NCBI GenBank assembly: GCA_963530135.1
Contig: CAUSBS010000003.1
Coordinates: forward strand, 40,373-104,372
Length of the DNA stretch: 64,000 nucleotides
From: an uncultured Candidatus Saccharibacteria bacterium
Lineage (GTDB): Bacteria; Patescibacteriota; Saccharimonadia; Saccharimonadales; Saccharimonadaceae
Direction of reading: 5' to 3'
Below the pieces are notes generated by a model, which was not told the origin of the DNA, searched no databases, and saw nothing but the letters and a program-made list of their open reading frames with translations. Positions within the stretch are counted from its first letter, which is position 1. Each line of letters begins with the position of its first letter. Below, piece after piece: positions 55,298 through 63,850 of this stretch. Position numbers and translations under genes: made by a program.

Positions 55298-55674
55298 CAG
55301 AACACTCCTCCCGGGATCAGGAAATTAGTGATGGCTACAAAAAATGCAAAGATAAGGAGGCCGATAGCAGTGTTAGCCCAGAGATCTTTGGCCTTTTTAA
55401 TATTTTCTGGGCTACCACCGGCAGCAGAGTAGAGAATACCACCAAAGATAACCGCGCCAACCGCCAGAATACCGATACCGGCAGACATGATTTGGATGAC
55501 AATTTTAATAATGCCGAGAATGGCAGCGTCACCAGTTGCACCGCCACAATTAATGATCGAGGTCGGTGCATCGCCACATTTACTCTCGGCAAATGCAACA
55601 CCGCCAGATAACATGGCGCCGCAGGTAATAGTCGTGAGGAGGGCAGTAGTGATGAGAATATTTCTTTTTGTCAT
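55297..55674 (-). CDS. T4SS-type pilin-like protein, paralog 6 (Cys pair)
   Basis: Start set at ATG 55674. Signal peptide ..GGVAFA|E, Cys pair in KCGDAPTSIINCGG, and module VIFGGILYSAAGGSPENIKKAKDLWANTAIG. Confidence 0.65.
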   Translation of the reverse strand: MTKRNILITTALLTTITCGAMLSGGVAFAESKCGDAPTSIINCGGATGDAAILGIIKIVIQIMSAGIGILAVGAVIFGGILYSAAGGSPENIKKAKDLWANTAIGLLIFAFFVAITNFLIPGGVF

Positions 55675-55695
55675 ATACGGATCTCTTACCCTTAA

Positions 55696-55724
55696 ATTGT
55701 AAAATAGCGGCAGGAAAAATGCAA
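55696..55724 (-). promoter_or_regulatory. candidate promoter of the pilin operon (TTGCAT-17 nt-TACAAT)
   Basis: Minus-strand hexamers at 55724..55719 and 55701..55696. Confidence 0.45.
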
Positions 55725-55732
55725 ACGATTTC

Positions 55733-55761
55733 TTGAAAAAGTCATAAAAGTTTGCTATCAT
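55733..55761 (+). promoter_or_regulatory. candidate promoter of tRNA-Asp (TTGAAA-17 nt-TATCAT), back-to-back with the pilin promoter
   Basis: Hexamers at 55733..55738 and 55756..55761. The tRNA 5' end lies 12 nt downstream. Confidence 0.5.
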
Positions 55762-55773
55762 ACGAAAAGTTAT

Positions 55774-55851
55774 GCGCCCGTAGTGAAGTTGGCCTATCAC
55801 GCCTCCCTGTCACGGAGGAGATCGCCGGTTCGAATCCGGTCGGGCGCGCCA
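55774..55851 (+). tRNA. tRNA-Asp(GUC), CCA encoded
   Basis: Hand fold: GCGCCCG acceptor, anticodon stem CCTCC/GGAGG with loop CUGUCAC, T-arm GCCGGTTCGAATCCGGT. Confidence 0.88.
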
Positions 55852-56048
55852 GAATGAGAATGTTACTACCCGAGCAGCCCATCTTTGTAGAGCAGGGGCT
55901 GTTTTTGTTTACTTTATTGCCGTTAGGGTATTGCTAAATATACAGAATGTGTTACAATAATATTATTCAGAGTTCCAATTATCTACTCTGAGGTGGATTA
56001 AAACTATCATGTGACTGGCCACCGGCCAGAGAAAGGACTCCAAGCGTT

Positions 56049-57020
56049 ATGGAAAGACACGACCATGACCCAAGTAGTTCATTAGAAGGAAACAGATTAA
56101 CTCGTCGCGGAGTGTTAGCTGGGGTTGTCGGCGGAGCAACAATGCTGATTGTTGGCTGCGGTAAGGATCGTATGGCTGTTCCCCCTGATTACTCTACACG
56201 AAGTGCTTCACCATCAGAATCACCATCCACCTCACCATCACCATCTGAGACTGTTGATCCGGAAGTGGCGGCACGAATGCGGGCCAGAGAAGAATACGAA
56301 GAACAAGTAAAAAAAATTGATGAAATACCGTACGACGAATTCATTAAGCTACCGCCAGAGGAGAGAAACAAGATTCTCCAAGCAGAAATCAACTACATGG
56401 AGAAGTCTGGCCGCGCAAAAGATAAAACAGATCATATACTCTACCCAAAAGACAGTCTGCCCTTTGGTGACTATTATAAGAAGTCACCTGCGGACCAAGA
56501 CCCAAAAAAGATGCTCACTGATCCGTTTCTTGCTGTCCAATTTGCCCTCTATGGAAGGTTTACTTACACAGATGACGATATAAAACAAAACTACGAGGAT
56601 TATGCTAAAAAGTTAGTCTCAGAAGCCTTTTTGAATCCCCAAATGGACATGGATAAGCTGCTTGAGGAGATGCGGGCCGGCAAAGTCTCGGATGAAGAGT
56701 ATTTCGCTAAACGTAAAGTAATGGAGCTCATTCATAAAAGAGCAGAGCAGATTAGGTCTAACTCCGGTAGTTCCGAAGACGACGTCGAGCTCTGGAAAAT
56801 GAAAGACATTGAGGGCTTTCCTGTCGATCAGTCGGATGTAGTGGTTGACCCCAAAACGGGCAAGCCGCTTGAGACACATATCACACACTTCTATTCCTAC
56901 GACGGGGATAAAAGAGGCTCTACTCCAGATGGCCAATTCTACACAATTGCTTCGGATCCAACAGTGAATAGGTGGAAGATTGCAGGATCTTCACACTCAG
57001 GCCCCGTTCTCTCTAGATAG
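56049..57020 (+). CDS. predicted Tat-signal lipoprotein of unknown function
   Basis: The N-terminus has a twin-arginine motif TRRGVLAG followed by the lipobox LIVGC and a Ser/Pro-rich linker. Confidence 0.55.
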   Translation: MERHDHDPSSSLEGNRLTRRGVLAGVVGGATMLIVGCGKDRMAVPPDYSTRSASPSESPSTSPSPSETVDPEVAARMRAREEYEEQVKKIDEIPYDEFIKLPPEERNKILQAEINYMEKSGRAKDKTDHILYPKDSLPFGDYYKKSPADQDPKKMLTDPFLAVQFALYGRFTYTDDDIKQNYEDYAKKLVSEAFLNPQMDMDKLLEEMRAGKVSDEEYFAKRKVMELIHKRAEQIRSNSGSSEDDVELWKMKDIEGFPVDQSDVVVDPKTGKPLETHITHFYSYDGDKRGSTPDGQFYTIASDPTVNRWKIAGSSHSGPVLSR

Positions 57021-57040
57021 TGTCAATAACGCGTCCAACA

Positions 57041-57068
57041 AAAGAAGAGCTAAATTAGCTCTTCTTTT
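57041..57068 (+). terminator. rho-independent terminator after the lipoprotein gene
   Basis: Perfect 12-bp stem AAAGAAGAGCTA / TAGCTCTTCTTT with a 3-nt loop and a T-tract. Confidence 0.7.
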
Positions 57069-57095
57069 GAATTACTAACAATAGCGTGGTAATAT
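57067..57095 (+). promoter_or_regulatory. promoter TTGAAT-17 nt-TGgTAATAT, 9 nt upstream of ATG 57105
   Basis: Hexamers at 57067..57072 and 57090..57095, with TG at 57087..57088. No SD. Confidence 0.6.
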
Positions 57096-57104
57096 ATTCT
57101 CATA

Positions 57105-60100
57105 ATGCTTACGCAAAAAAAGACCCTGCATCAACGCATTCGCATTACCTTGGTTGGGCTTGCTGCACTATTGATCATTCCGATGCTCATGACGTTTTTT
57201 GTATTGTCGCCGACCGCTAGTGCGGCTCGAACTCCGCTTGATTATTCACCACAGCTCACACAGGTAAAGCAGCTTCTACTTGCTCGTGCCATGAGAATGT
57301 GTATCATTAATGGTAATGGCGGCCCCGGATTTGGCGGAAATCTTACTGCAGAACGGATAGCACGCGGTGACTGGGGTGGGAGCTTTACCACCACCGTCGG
57401 CCCGATTCTTGATGGTGATAATGATGGACAGTTTGACTGTAAAGAAGTGGTATCCGCTACTCGAGATGTATTCGGCTATAGCTCTTTTATCGATATGTTT
57501 TGCGCCCTAAAGGGTGAGTGGCGAGATGATGCCAATCTCGATTGTCTCAGTAACATAGGCAAACCAGAATATAGTGGAGACAAGTGGAATATACCGAAAG
57601 ACAGAGGTGTATACGCAATTCAAGTTCTTGAAAAAAAGGGCGGCAGAAGTCTCAAGTTTGATTCAGCACTGGTCAACTATTCACTAGCTATGTCAGTACT
57701 CTTATCAGGCCAAAATCTTGGCTGCAAGGCTGAGTGGCGAGGATTTACTAGTGGTGAAGGTGCGCCAGATAACATTAGGGATCTTTTAAGGGGTGAGAAT
57801 AATAGGCCGGTGAATATTGCTTTAGCTGATGGCACATCGGCAGAGGGGCTTTATTATATCCCAAACCTAAATAAAAAAGTGAGGTTATCTTCCAAAGTTG
57901 AATCACCCTATGACCTTCCCGATGGCGTAAAGCCAGATATGTCGTGTGAAGAGATTGCAGCATGGGCATCAAGGAGTGCCGAGGGAGCGGCGCAATCAGC
58001 AAAAACCGACTCTACTGAAAATACCCGTAAGGCTATCCGTAGCGCCCTTATAAAAAGGTGTGTCCAGTCACGAGGTGGAGGACCTGCACAACAAATTTGC
58101 GAAAGTCAGGTTGACGGCTGGATGAACGCATGTAAAGACAAGATGCCGTCAAGCGGCGCTGTGGCAAACTCCAGCGAATATATTAAATGTATTGCTGATC
58201 AGTCTGGGTATAATGAAAAAGAGATTAAAGACACCCTCTCTAACGTCTCTGCCGATCCCCCTGCTGCCCAGAATAAGAGTGATGAAAAAAAACCAGAGTG
58301 TGCCGTCAAGGACCTTGGCTGGCTCATTTGTCCGGTCGTTAATTTCTTAGCTGATATTTCGGATGCAGCTTTTGCCATGATCGCCGACAATTTCCTAAAG
58401 ATTGAACCAGGCATCGCCTCTGGAGGCGAGGTACAGGCAGCCTGGGGAATTATGCGCAACATTGCCAATGGTGCATTTATCATCATGTTCCTGGCAATTA
58501 TCATATCTCAGCTCACTGGCTTTGGAATCTCAAACTACGGCATTAAAAAGATGCTACCGCGACTCATTATCGCCGCAATCCTCGTGAACTTATCGATTTA
58601 TATCTGTCAAATTGCCGTCGACCTGTCTAATATCCTTGGCTATGGTCTGCGCGCTGGGCTCGGTAATGTTGGTGACGAAATTGCCCGGGCAAATGAAATT
58701 TTTCAATCAGGTCAAGGGCGTGGTACATGGGGAGGGTTTGCACTAACTATCCTCGCCGCAGGCACCGCCGGGATTCTCGCCCTCGCAGTCTTGATAGGAG
58801 CACTCGTTTCGGGGCTAGTTGTTATGGCAACCATTGCCGTATTGCTAATCGCCCGCAAAGCACTTATTGTCATCCTTATTGTCATCTCGCCGCTTGCTTT
58901 TGTCGCCTTTCTACTACCAAACACCGAAAAATTCTTTAGTAAATGGCGCTCCATCTTTGTGGGGCTACTCATGGTCTTTCCAACAATCGGCCTACTGTTC
59001 GGTGGTGGTATACTGGCAGGAGCCATTGTTAAGGCCGGAGGTGGCAATGACACAATCATGCAGATTGTCGGTGAGCTAATCAAAGTCCTGCCGCTCATCG
59101 CCGTATGGAGTGTTCTCAAAAAAGCCATTGATGTCGCTGGATCAATCAGCCAACACATCAATAATGCCGGCGGCCGCCTCAGTGGCGGCGCCAGAAATTG
59201 GGCAAAGGGTGCATATGACAACTCCCGACTTGGTGAAATGGAAAAATTCCGCAAACAGCGGCGACAACGCCGCAAGGCCCTCATGCGAGCCGGGGCATGG
59301 AAGGGTGATGGGGCTATTGATAGAATACCCGTCATCGGAAGAAATGCAAGAGCCAGACGCAGCAAGGCATTCAACGAAAGTGTCTTTGCAAACAATCGCT
59401 TCCTCGGAGGAGACTATGGTATTCGTAGTGCTGCAGAGGGACAGGACGCGGTCGACGATGAAGAACGCAAGACAGCAGAGCGTATGCTCGACTATCGATA
59501 CAATGGCGATGCAGCTGCTGCGCTGAGGAGTGCAGGGGATAATGAAATGCTCAAGTATGTTGCTTCTAAAAAGCTTGCATCAACCGGCAAGCATGGCGCT
59601 CAGCAGATGTATGACTATCTCCAAAGCGGTGGAACTATCAGTACCCGCCGCATGGCAGAATCCCTCGTTAGTATGGAGCAGTACCATGCCGGACTATTTG
59701 AGATGGGTACAAGCGCTATTGACCAAATGGAGCAGCATGGAGCAACAACCGTCAGCTTTAGTCCACAGCAAATGGCCGAGTTGACCGCCAAGGGACTTAA
59801 TGGGTTGAGTGATGAAAAGCTAGCACGACAAGCATCTGGTGCAGTTAAGATTGCTGGTGAGACTGAGTTTACCAAGGGCGGCCAGAGAATGGTCGGTATT
59901 TCTGCCGAGCGGGCAGGCTCACTGCTAGATAATAAGCGTGTTAATACCTCAATATCAAGTAGTACACGTGCTGAGTTTGAGAATATACGAAACGGTGGCG
60001 GTAGAGCAGCCGAACCTCAGGAGCTACGAGTGCCACATGATATGAGCGGTGTCTCAGCAGCTGATGTTAAGAATACGATCAACGCCACAACGGAAATTCA

Positions 60101-60266
60101 TAACATCACCGAGGCAGTCCCGTCAGACACCCCAACGGGGCGAACGTTTGTCGCCGGAACAGGGAGGGGGCCAGCTCCACCACAACCACAATCTCCATCC
60201 CCAGCACCAGCTGATAATCAAAATAACCGTAACAATCGGAATAATAATCCGCCGACAACCAGCTAA
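57105..60266 (+). CDS. giant VirB6/TrbL-like polytopic membrane protein, paralog A (Cys-rich ectodomain, cytoplasmic C-terminal domain)
   Basis: N-terminal signal/anchor, a ~380-aa domain with ~14 Cys, then a multi-TM core (GISNYGIKKMLPRLIIAAILVNLS) and a long soluble C-terminus ending in a Pro/Asn-rich tail. Confidence 0.55.
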   Translation: MLTQKKTLHQRIRITLVGLAALLIIPMLMTFFVLSPTASAARTPLDYSPQLTQVKQLLLARAMRMCIINGNGGPGFGGNLTAERIARGDWGGSFTTTVGPILDGDNDGQFDCKEVVSATRDVFGYSSFIDMFCALKGEWRDDANLDCLSNIGKPEYSGDKWNIPKDRGVYAIQVLEKKGGRSLKFDSALVNYSLAMSVLLSGQNLGCKAEWRGFTSGEGAPDNIRDLLRGENNRPVNIALADGTSAEGLYYIPNLNKKVRLSSKVESPYDLPDGVKPDMSCEEIAAWASRSAEGAAQSAKTDSTENTRKAIRSALIKRCVQSRGGGPAQQICESQVDGWMNACKDKMPSSGAVANSSEYIKCIADQSGYNEKEIKDTLSNVSADPPAAQNKSDEKKPECAVKDLGWLICPVVNFLADISDAAFAMIADNFLKIEPGIASGGEVQAAWGIMRNIANGAFIIMFLAIIISQLTGFGISNYGIKKMLPRLIIAAILVNLSIYICQIAVDLSNILGYGLRAGLGNVGDEIARANEIFQSGQGRGTWGGFALTILAAGTAGILALAVLIGALVSGLVVMATIAVLLIARKALIVILIVISPLAFVAFLLPNTEKFFSKWRSIFVGLLMVFPTIGLLFGGGILAGAIVKAGGGNDTIMQIVGELIKVLPLIAVWSVLKKAIDVAGSISQHINNAGGRLSGGARNWAKGAYDNSRLGEMEKFRKQRRQRRKALMRAGAWKGDGAIDRIPVIGRNARARRSKAFNESVFANNRFLGGDYGIRSAAEGQDAVDDEERKTAERMLDYRYNGDAAAALRSAGDNEMLKYVASKKLASTGKHGAQQMYDYLQSGGTISTRRMAESLVSMEQYHAGLFEMGTSAIDQMEQHGATTVSFSPQQMAELTAKGLNGLSDEKLARQASGAVKIAGETEFTKGGQRMVGISAERAGSLLDNKRVNTSISSSTRAEFENIRNGGGRAAEPQELRVPHDMSGVSAADVKNTINATTEIHNITEAVPSDTPTGRTFVAGTGRGPAPPQPQSPSPAPADNQNNRNNRNNNPPTTS

Positions 60267-60290
60267 GACTATTGACTTTTCTCTATAAAA

Positions 60291-62921
60291 ATGCTACCAT
60301 TTCTAGTAATGGAGTGGTTACGTTCACAAGGGCGATCATCAATGCGATGGTTGCAGTGGTTCATATTGCTGGCGGCAGGTCTCCTAGTCAGTATTTTTTT
60401 GAGTACAGTCATAACCTCGAGCCAGGTATCGGCGGCAGATGCAAAGTGGGATAGCAGTAAAATATCCTACGACAACGAGACGTTTGAACGGGTTTCTGAT
60501 GCTGACAAACTAAAAGCCCTCGATTTAGGTGCGGACCAGATGGTCTACATGCCTAAGAAAACTGTGGCCAATAACCAAGATATTCGGGTTGTCCACTTTC
60601 CATCAACGGGCGACCTTGGGTCAATGACCTCGGTGTCCCTGACGACATTTACGTATACTTCGCCAAACACTTACACAAAGAAAGAATCGACTACACTATC
60701 AATTGACCCACCGAGCCAAAACTCTGCATCTTCATGTGAGGTTGCTGGCGGTATCGGCTGGATTCTTTGTCCTGTTTCGGCGTGGCTGGCCAGCTCCATC
60801 GACTGGATGTTTGGGGTGCTTAAAGGGTTTCTTGTAGTGCCACCACTTCAGACGGGCAATCAAGCTAGCGGTATTTTTCTAGCCTGGAACATTGTTCGCA
60901 ATATCGCCAACAGCATTTTTATTATCATGTTCATAGTCATTATTTATTCACAAATTACTTCTATGGGCATCTCCAATTATGGTATCAAAAAAATGTTGCC
61001 TCGTTTGATTATCGCGGCACTACTGGTTAACCTATCATTCCACATATGCGCCATACTTCTCGATCTGTCAAACATCGCCGGAAGCGCACTTCAGGACATG
61101 TTCATGAACATTCGTAACACGGTCGCTACCCTGGGCGGGTCAGCGCCACCATCCGACCCCATGACCTGGCAAGAGGTTACTTTCCAGATTTTGGGCGGAG
61201 CTGCCGGTGGTACAGCACTGGCCGCCGGGCTGATTATGCGGGCTGAGCTACTTCCTTTTGTTGTGCCACTTTTAACCGGGCTCAGTTTGGCGCTTCTTCT
61301 CGTGGTCGTTATCATGGCCGCTCGACAAGCACTAATTATCATTTTAATCATTGTTTCGCCGCTAGCTTTTGTGGCTTACTTACTGCCGGGGACAGAAAAG
61401 TGGTTTGATAAATGGAAGGATGTCTTCTTGACGATGCTGATATTCTTCCCGGGTTTTGCGGCAGCCTTTGGTGGGGCACAGCTCGCAGGCTCAGTCATTA
61501 TGCAAAACGCCGCGGGACCGAACGGGGCGGTGATGTACATCCTCGGTATGGCAGTTCAGATTGCGCCACTCGCTCTAACGCCGTTGATGATCAAGTTAGG
61601 TGGTGGGCTCCTCGGTAAATTCACCGGCCTGGTTAACGACCGCAGCAAGGGATTGTTCGACCGATCTAAGAACTGGGCAAAAGAGCGAAGCGAGATTACT
61701 AAGCGTAAAAAACTCAACAAACGTCCAAACAGCAAGTTTACCCCAACGGCATGGCGACGCAGACTGGCGCAGTCGTCTCAAAATCGTAAGGATATGCTCA
61801 AAGAGTTGCAAGATGAATCTGATGTTATACGAAGGGGGACTGGTTCCTATGCTAAGATTGATCAATACCGACGAATGGTTAACGAAGATAAAAAGGCTAA
61901 TGAGGGTCGGCTAGAGGACGCTTGGGGCAATCATCTGATGTCTAATTCTGCCGCCTTTGACCGATATGCACAAGCACAATCATGGTCTGAGCAGGCTGAG
62001 GCTTCTAAGGGAGCGGTTGATACTCATTATAAGTCGATGCGGGCACTCAAGCCTACCCAGACTAATGAGTTGTCTTCGTCGTTCCAAGAAAGCCTGGAGC
62101 GTGCCCGAGGAGCAGCGCAGCAAGTGGCTCTCCAGGGCCTGCAGAACGCTTCATCGCAGCGTGTTGCTGATGATCGATGGGCAAATGAATTGAAAGAAAA
62201 CGAGACGATGCGCGATCTGGCTGGACAGGTCGAACAAATATACTTCGGTGACAGTCGCGGTGCCGATCGAGCGATTGCCATGGCAGAACAAACGCTCAGC
62301 AATGCCTACAACGAAGGCGTCGAGAGCGCAAATCGCTTACTTGATCGATACAATGCCGATGAGTTTGACATGGTAGACATGGCTCTTGGTACTGTTGGCA
62401 GCGAGGTCAAAGGCATTACTGTCACCAGAGATGTCAAGGCTGCATCACTTCGCCGCGTTCTTGGCGGTAAGAACATTAAAGCCATTAAGTCGTTAACAAG
62501 CCAGCTTGACTTTGCTCACCTTGACGATGCCCTCGCCCAAGAAGCTGGCGACGCTCTCAAGAACAACCCAGCACGACCGTTCTGGATCGGATCTTCAATT
62601 GCTAATAAGATTAAGATTAATAATATGCCGTGGTCTGGCCAAGAGTTTATCACCCAAACGACCATTAAGGCACTTAGCGAGGATAAATTGTCGACCGAAG
62701 GCCTGGTCACGCAAGACGCTGTCTATCTTAATACCTTGGCCGATATGATTGAAAATTCAAACTTCCGAGGACAAATTTCACAACAGCATCTTCAGATTCT
62801 GCGCGACCGACTAAATGAGGTACAGACGGTTCCGCAGTACAGCGGTCGTATAGGTGAAAGTATCGGTGCAATTAAGCGAATGGAGGCGGCTCTTTCGTAT
62901 CTGCCGCCAACAGAAACCTAA
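60291..62921 (+). CDS. giant VirB6/TrbL-like polytopic membrane protein, paralog B (ATG 60342 behind AAGGG is the likelier start)
   Basis: Shares the core with paralog A (GISNYGIKKMLPRLIIAALLVNLS; GWILCPV versus GWLICPV). The ecto- and C-terminal domains differ. Confidence 0.55.
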   Translation: MLPFLVMEWLRSQGRSSMRWLQWFILLAAGLLVSIFLSTVITSSQVSAADAKWDSSKISYDNETFERVSDADKLKALDLGADQMVYMPKKTVANNQDIRVVHFPSTGDLGSMTSVSLTTFTYTSPNTYTKKESTTLSIDPPSQNSASSCEVAGGIGWILCPVSAWLASSIDWMFGVLKGFLVVPPLQTGNQASGIFLAWNIVRNIANSIFIIMFIVIIYSQITSMGISNYGIKKMLPRLIIAALLVNLSFHICAILLDLSNIAGSALQDMFMNIRNTVATLGGSAPPSDPMTWQEVTFQILGGAAGGTALAAGLIMRAELLPFVVPLLTGLSLALLLVVVIMAARQALIIILIIVSPLAFVAYLLPGTEKWFDKWKDVFLTMLIFFPGFAAAFGGAQLAGSVIMQNAAGPNGAVMYILGMAVQIAPLALTPLMIKLGGGLLGKFTGLVNDRSKGLFDRSKNWAKERSEITKRKKLNKRPNSKFTPTAWRRRLAQSSQNRKDMLKELQDESDVIRRGTGSYAKIDQYRRMVNEDKKANEGRLEDAWGNHLMSNSAAFDRYAQAQSWSEQAEASKGAVDTHYKSMRALKPTQTNELSSSFQESLERARGAAQQVALQGLQNASSQRVADDRWANELKENETMRDLAGQVEQIYFGDSRGADRAIAMAEQTLSNAYNEGVESANRLLDRYNADEFDMVDMALGTVGSEVKGITVTRDVKAASLRRVLGGKNIKAIKSLTSQLDFAHLDDALAQEAGDALKNNPARPFWIGSSIANKIKINNMPWSGQEFITQTTIKALSEDKLSTEGLVTQDAVYLNTLADMIENSNFRGQISQQHLQILRDRLNEVQTVPQYSGRIGESIGAIKRMEAALSYLPPTET

Positions 62922-62945
62922 GCTAATCTGCTATAATAATACTCA

Positions 62946-63839
62946 ATGGCTGTCTACAAAGTTCCTCAGGATGTGGAAGCTGATGACAAGCTGCTCGGGC
63001 CGTTTAGTTTCAAGCAGTTTGTTTTCCTGATCGTTGCGGTCGGTATGATTGCGCTGGCATGGGGACTGTTCTCGGTGCTGCCGCCACTAGCGATTATCCC
63101 GGTGCCGATTGCGCTGTTTTTTGGGGCATTAGCCTTGCCGCTGCGCAAGGATCAACCGATGGAGGTTTACCTCGCGGCAGTCATTTCGTTTATGCTCAAA
63201 CCCAAGCAACGGCTGTGGCGAGCCGATGGTACCGAACGAATGGTCGAGGTGATCGCCCCGCGGGTTGAGGAAAAACAATACGGTAAGGGGTATGATCAGG
63301 CTGAGGTTAATCGCCGGCTATCATACCTGGCGACACTGGTCGATACACACGGCTGGTCGGTGCGCGGCGTTGATAATCCAAACAGTTCGGTAAGGGGTAG
63401 CTCGATGCAGGCGGACTGGTATAATGAAGCCCAAGCCGCTCAGGATCCACTCGACCCAAGCAGCAAGACCGCACGCGCCTTTGAAACACTGATTGAGCGG
63501 GCTGACGAAAAGCGCCATGATGACATTGTCCAGCAAATGCAGCGAGCTCAAACCGCCCAGCCAGCCACACCCGCTCAAGATGACCAAGCCTACTCTCTAC
63601 AAACCTCAACCTTCAACCCATATCCAACTATGCAGCAGTCTATTATCACCCCTATCGGCGAGCAATCGGCTACACCTGCCCAAGATGACCAAGCCGCGCC
63701 CCCTAGCACATCACCCGTGTCGCCTGCTATAATGGACTTAGCGCGTAATCACAGCGACCTATCAGTCGCCTCGTTGCAACGAGAGGCTGGCCGTATCCAG
63801 AAAGAACACGATAAGGAAGTAGTGATTTCGCTTCACTAG
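62946..63839 (+). CDS. PrgI/VirB3-like T4SS membrane protein with long disordered C-terminal tail
   Basis: MAVYKVPQDVEADDKLLGPFSFKQFVFLIVAVGMIALAWGLF resembles the PrgI-family N-terminus plus a TM hairpin. The tail carries two ATPAQDDQA repeats. Confidence 0.55.
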   Translation: MAVYKVPQDVEADDKLLGPFSFKQFVFLIVAVGMIALAWGLFSVLPPLAIIPVPIALFFGALALPLRKDQPMEVYLAAVISFMLKPKQRLWRADGTERMVEVIAPRVEEKQYGKGYDQAEVNRRLSYLATLVDTHGWSVRGVDNPNSSVRGSSMQADWYNEAQAAQDPLDPSSKTARAFETLIERADEKRHDDIVQQMQRAQTAQPATPAQDDQAYSLQTSTFNPYPTMQQSIITPIGEQSATPAQDDQAAPPSTSPVSPAIMDLARNHSDLSVASLQREAGRIQKEHDKEVVISLH

Positions 63840-63850
63840 GTGGGATATCT

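Noticed and set aside
58712-59395. 227-aa minus-strand ORF inside the VirB6-like gene
   Set aside because: It is antisense to a hydrophobic membrane core, has Ala/Pro/Arg-rich composition and has no SD or promoter.
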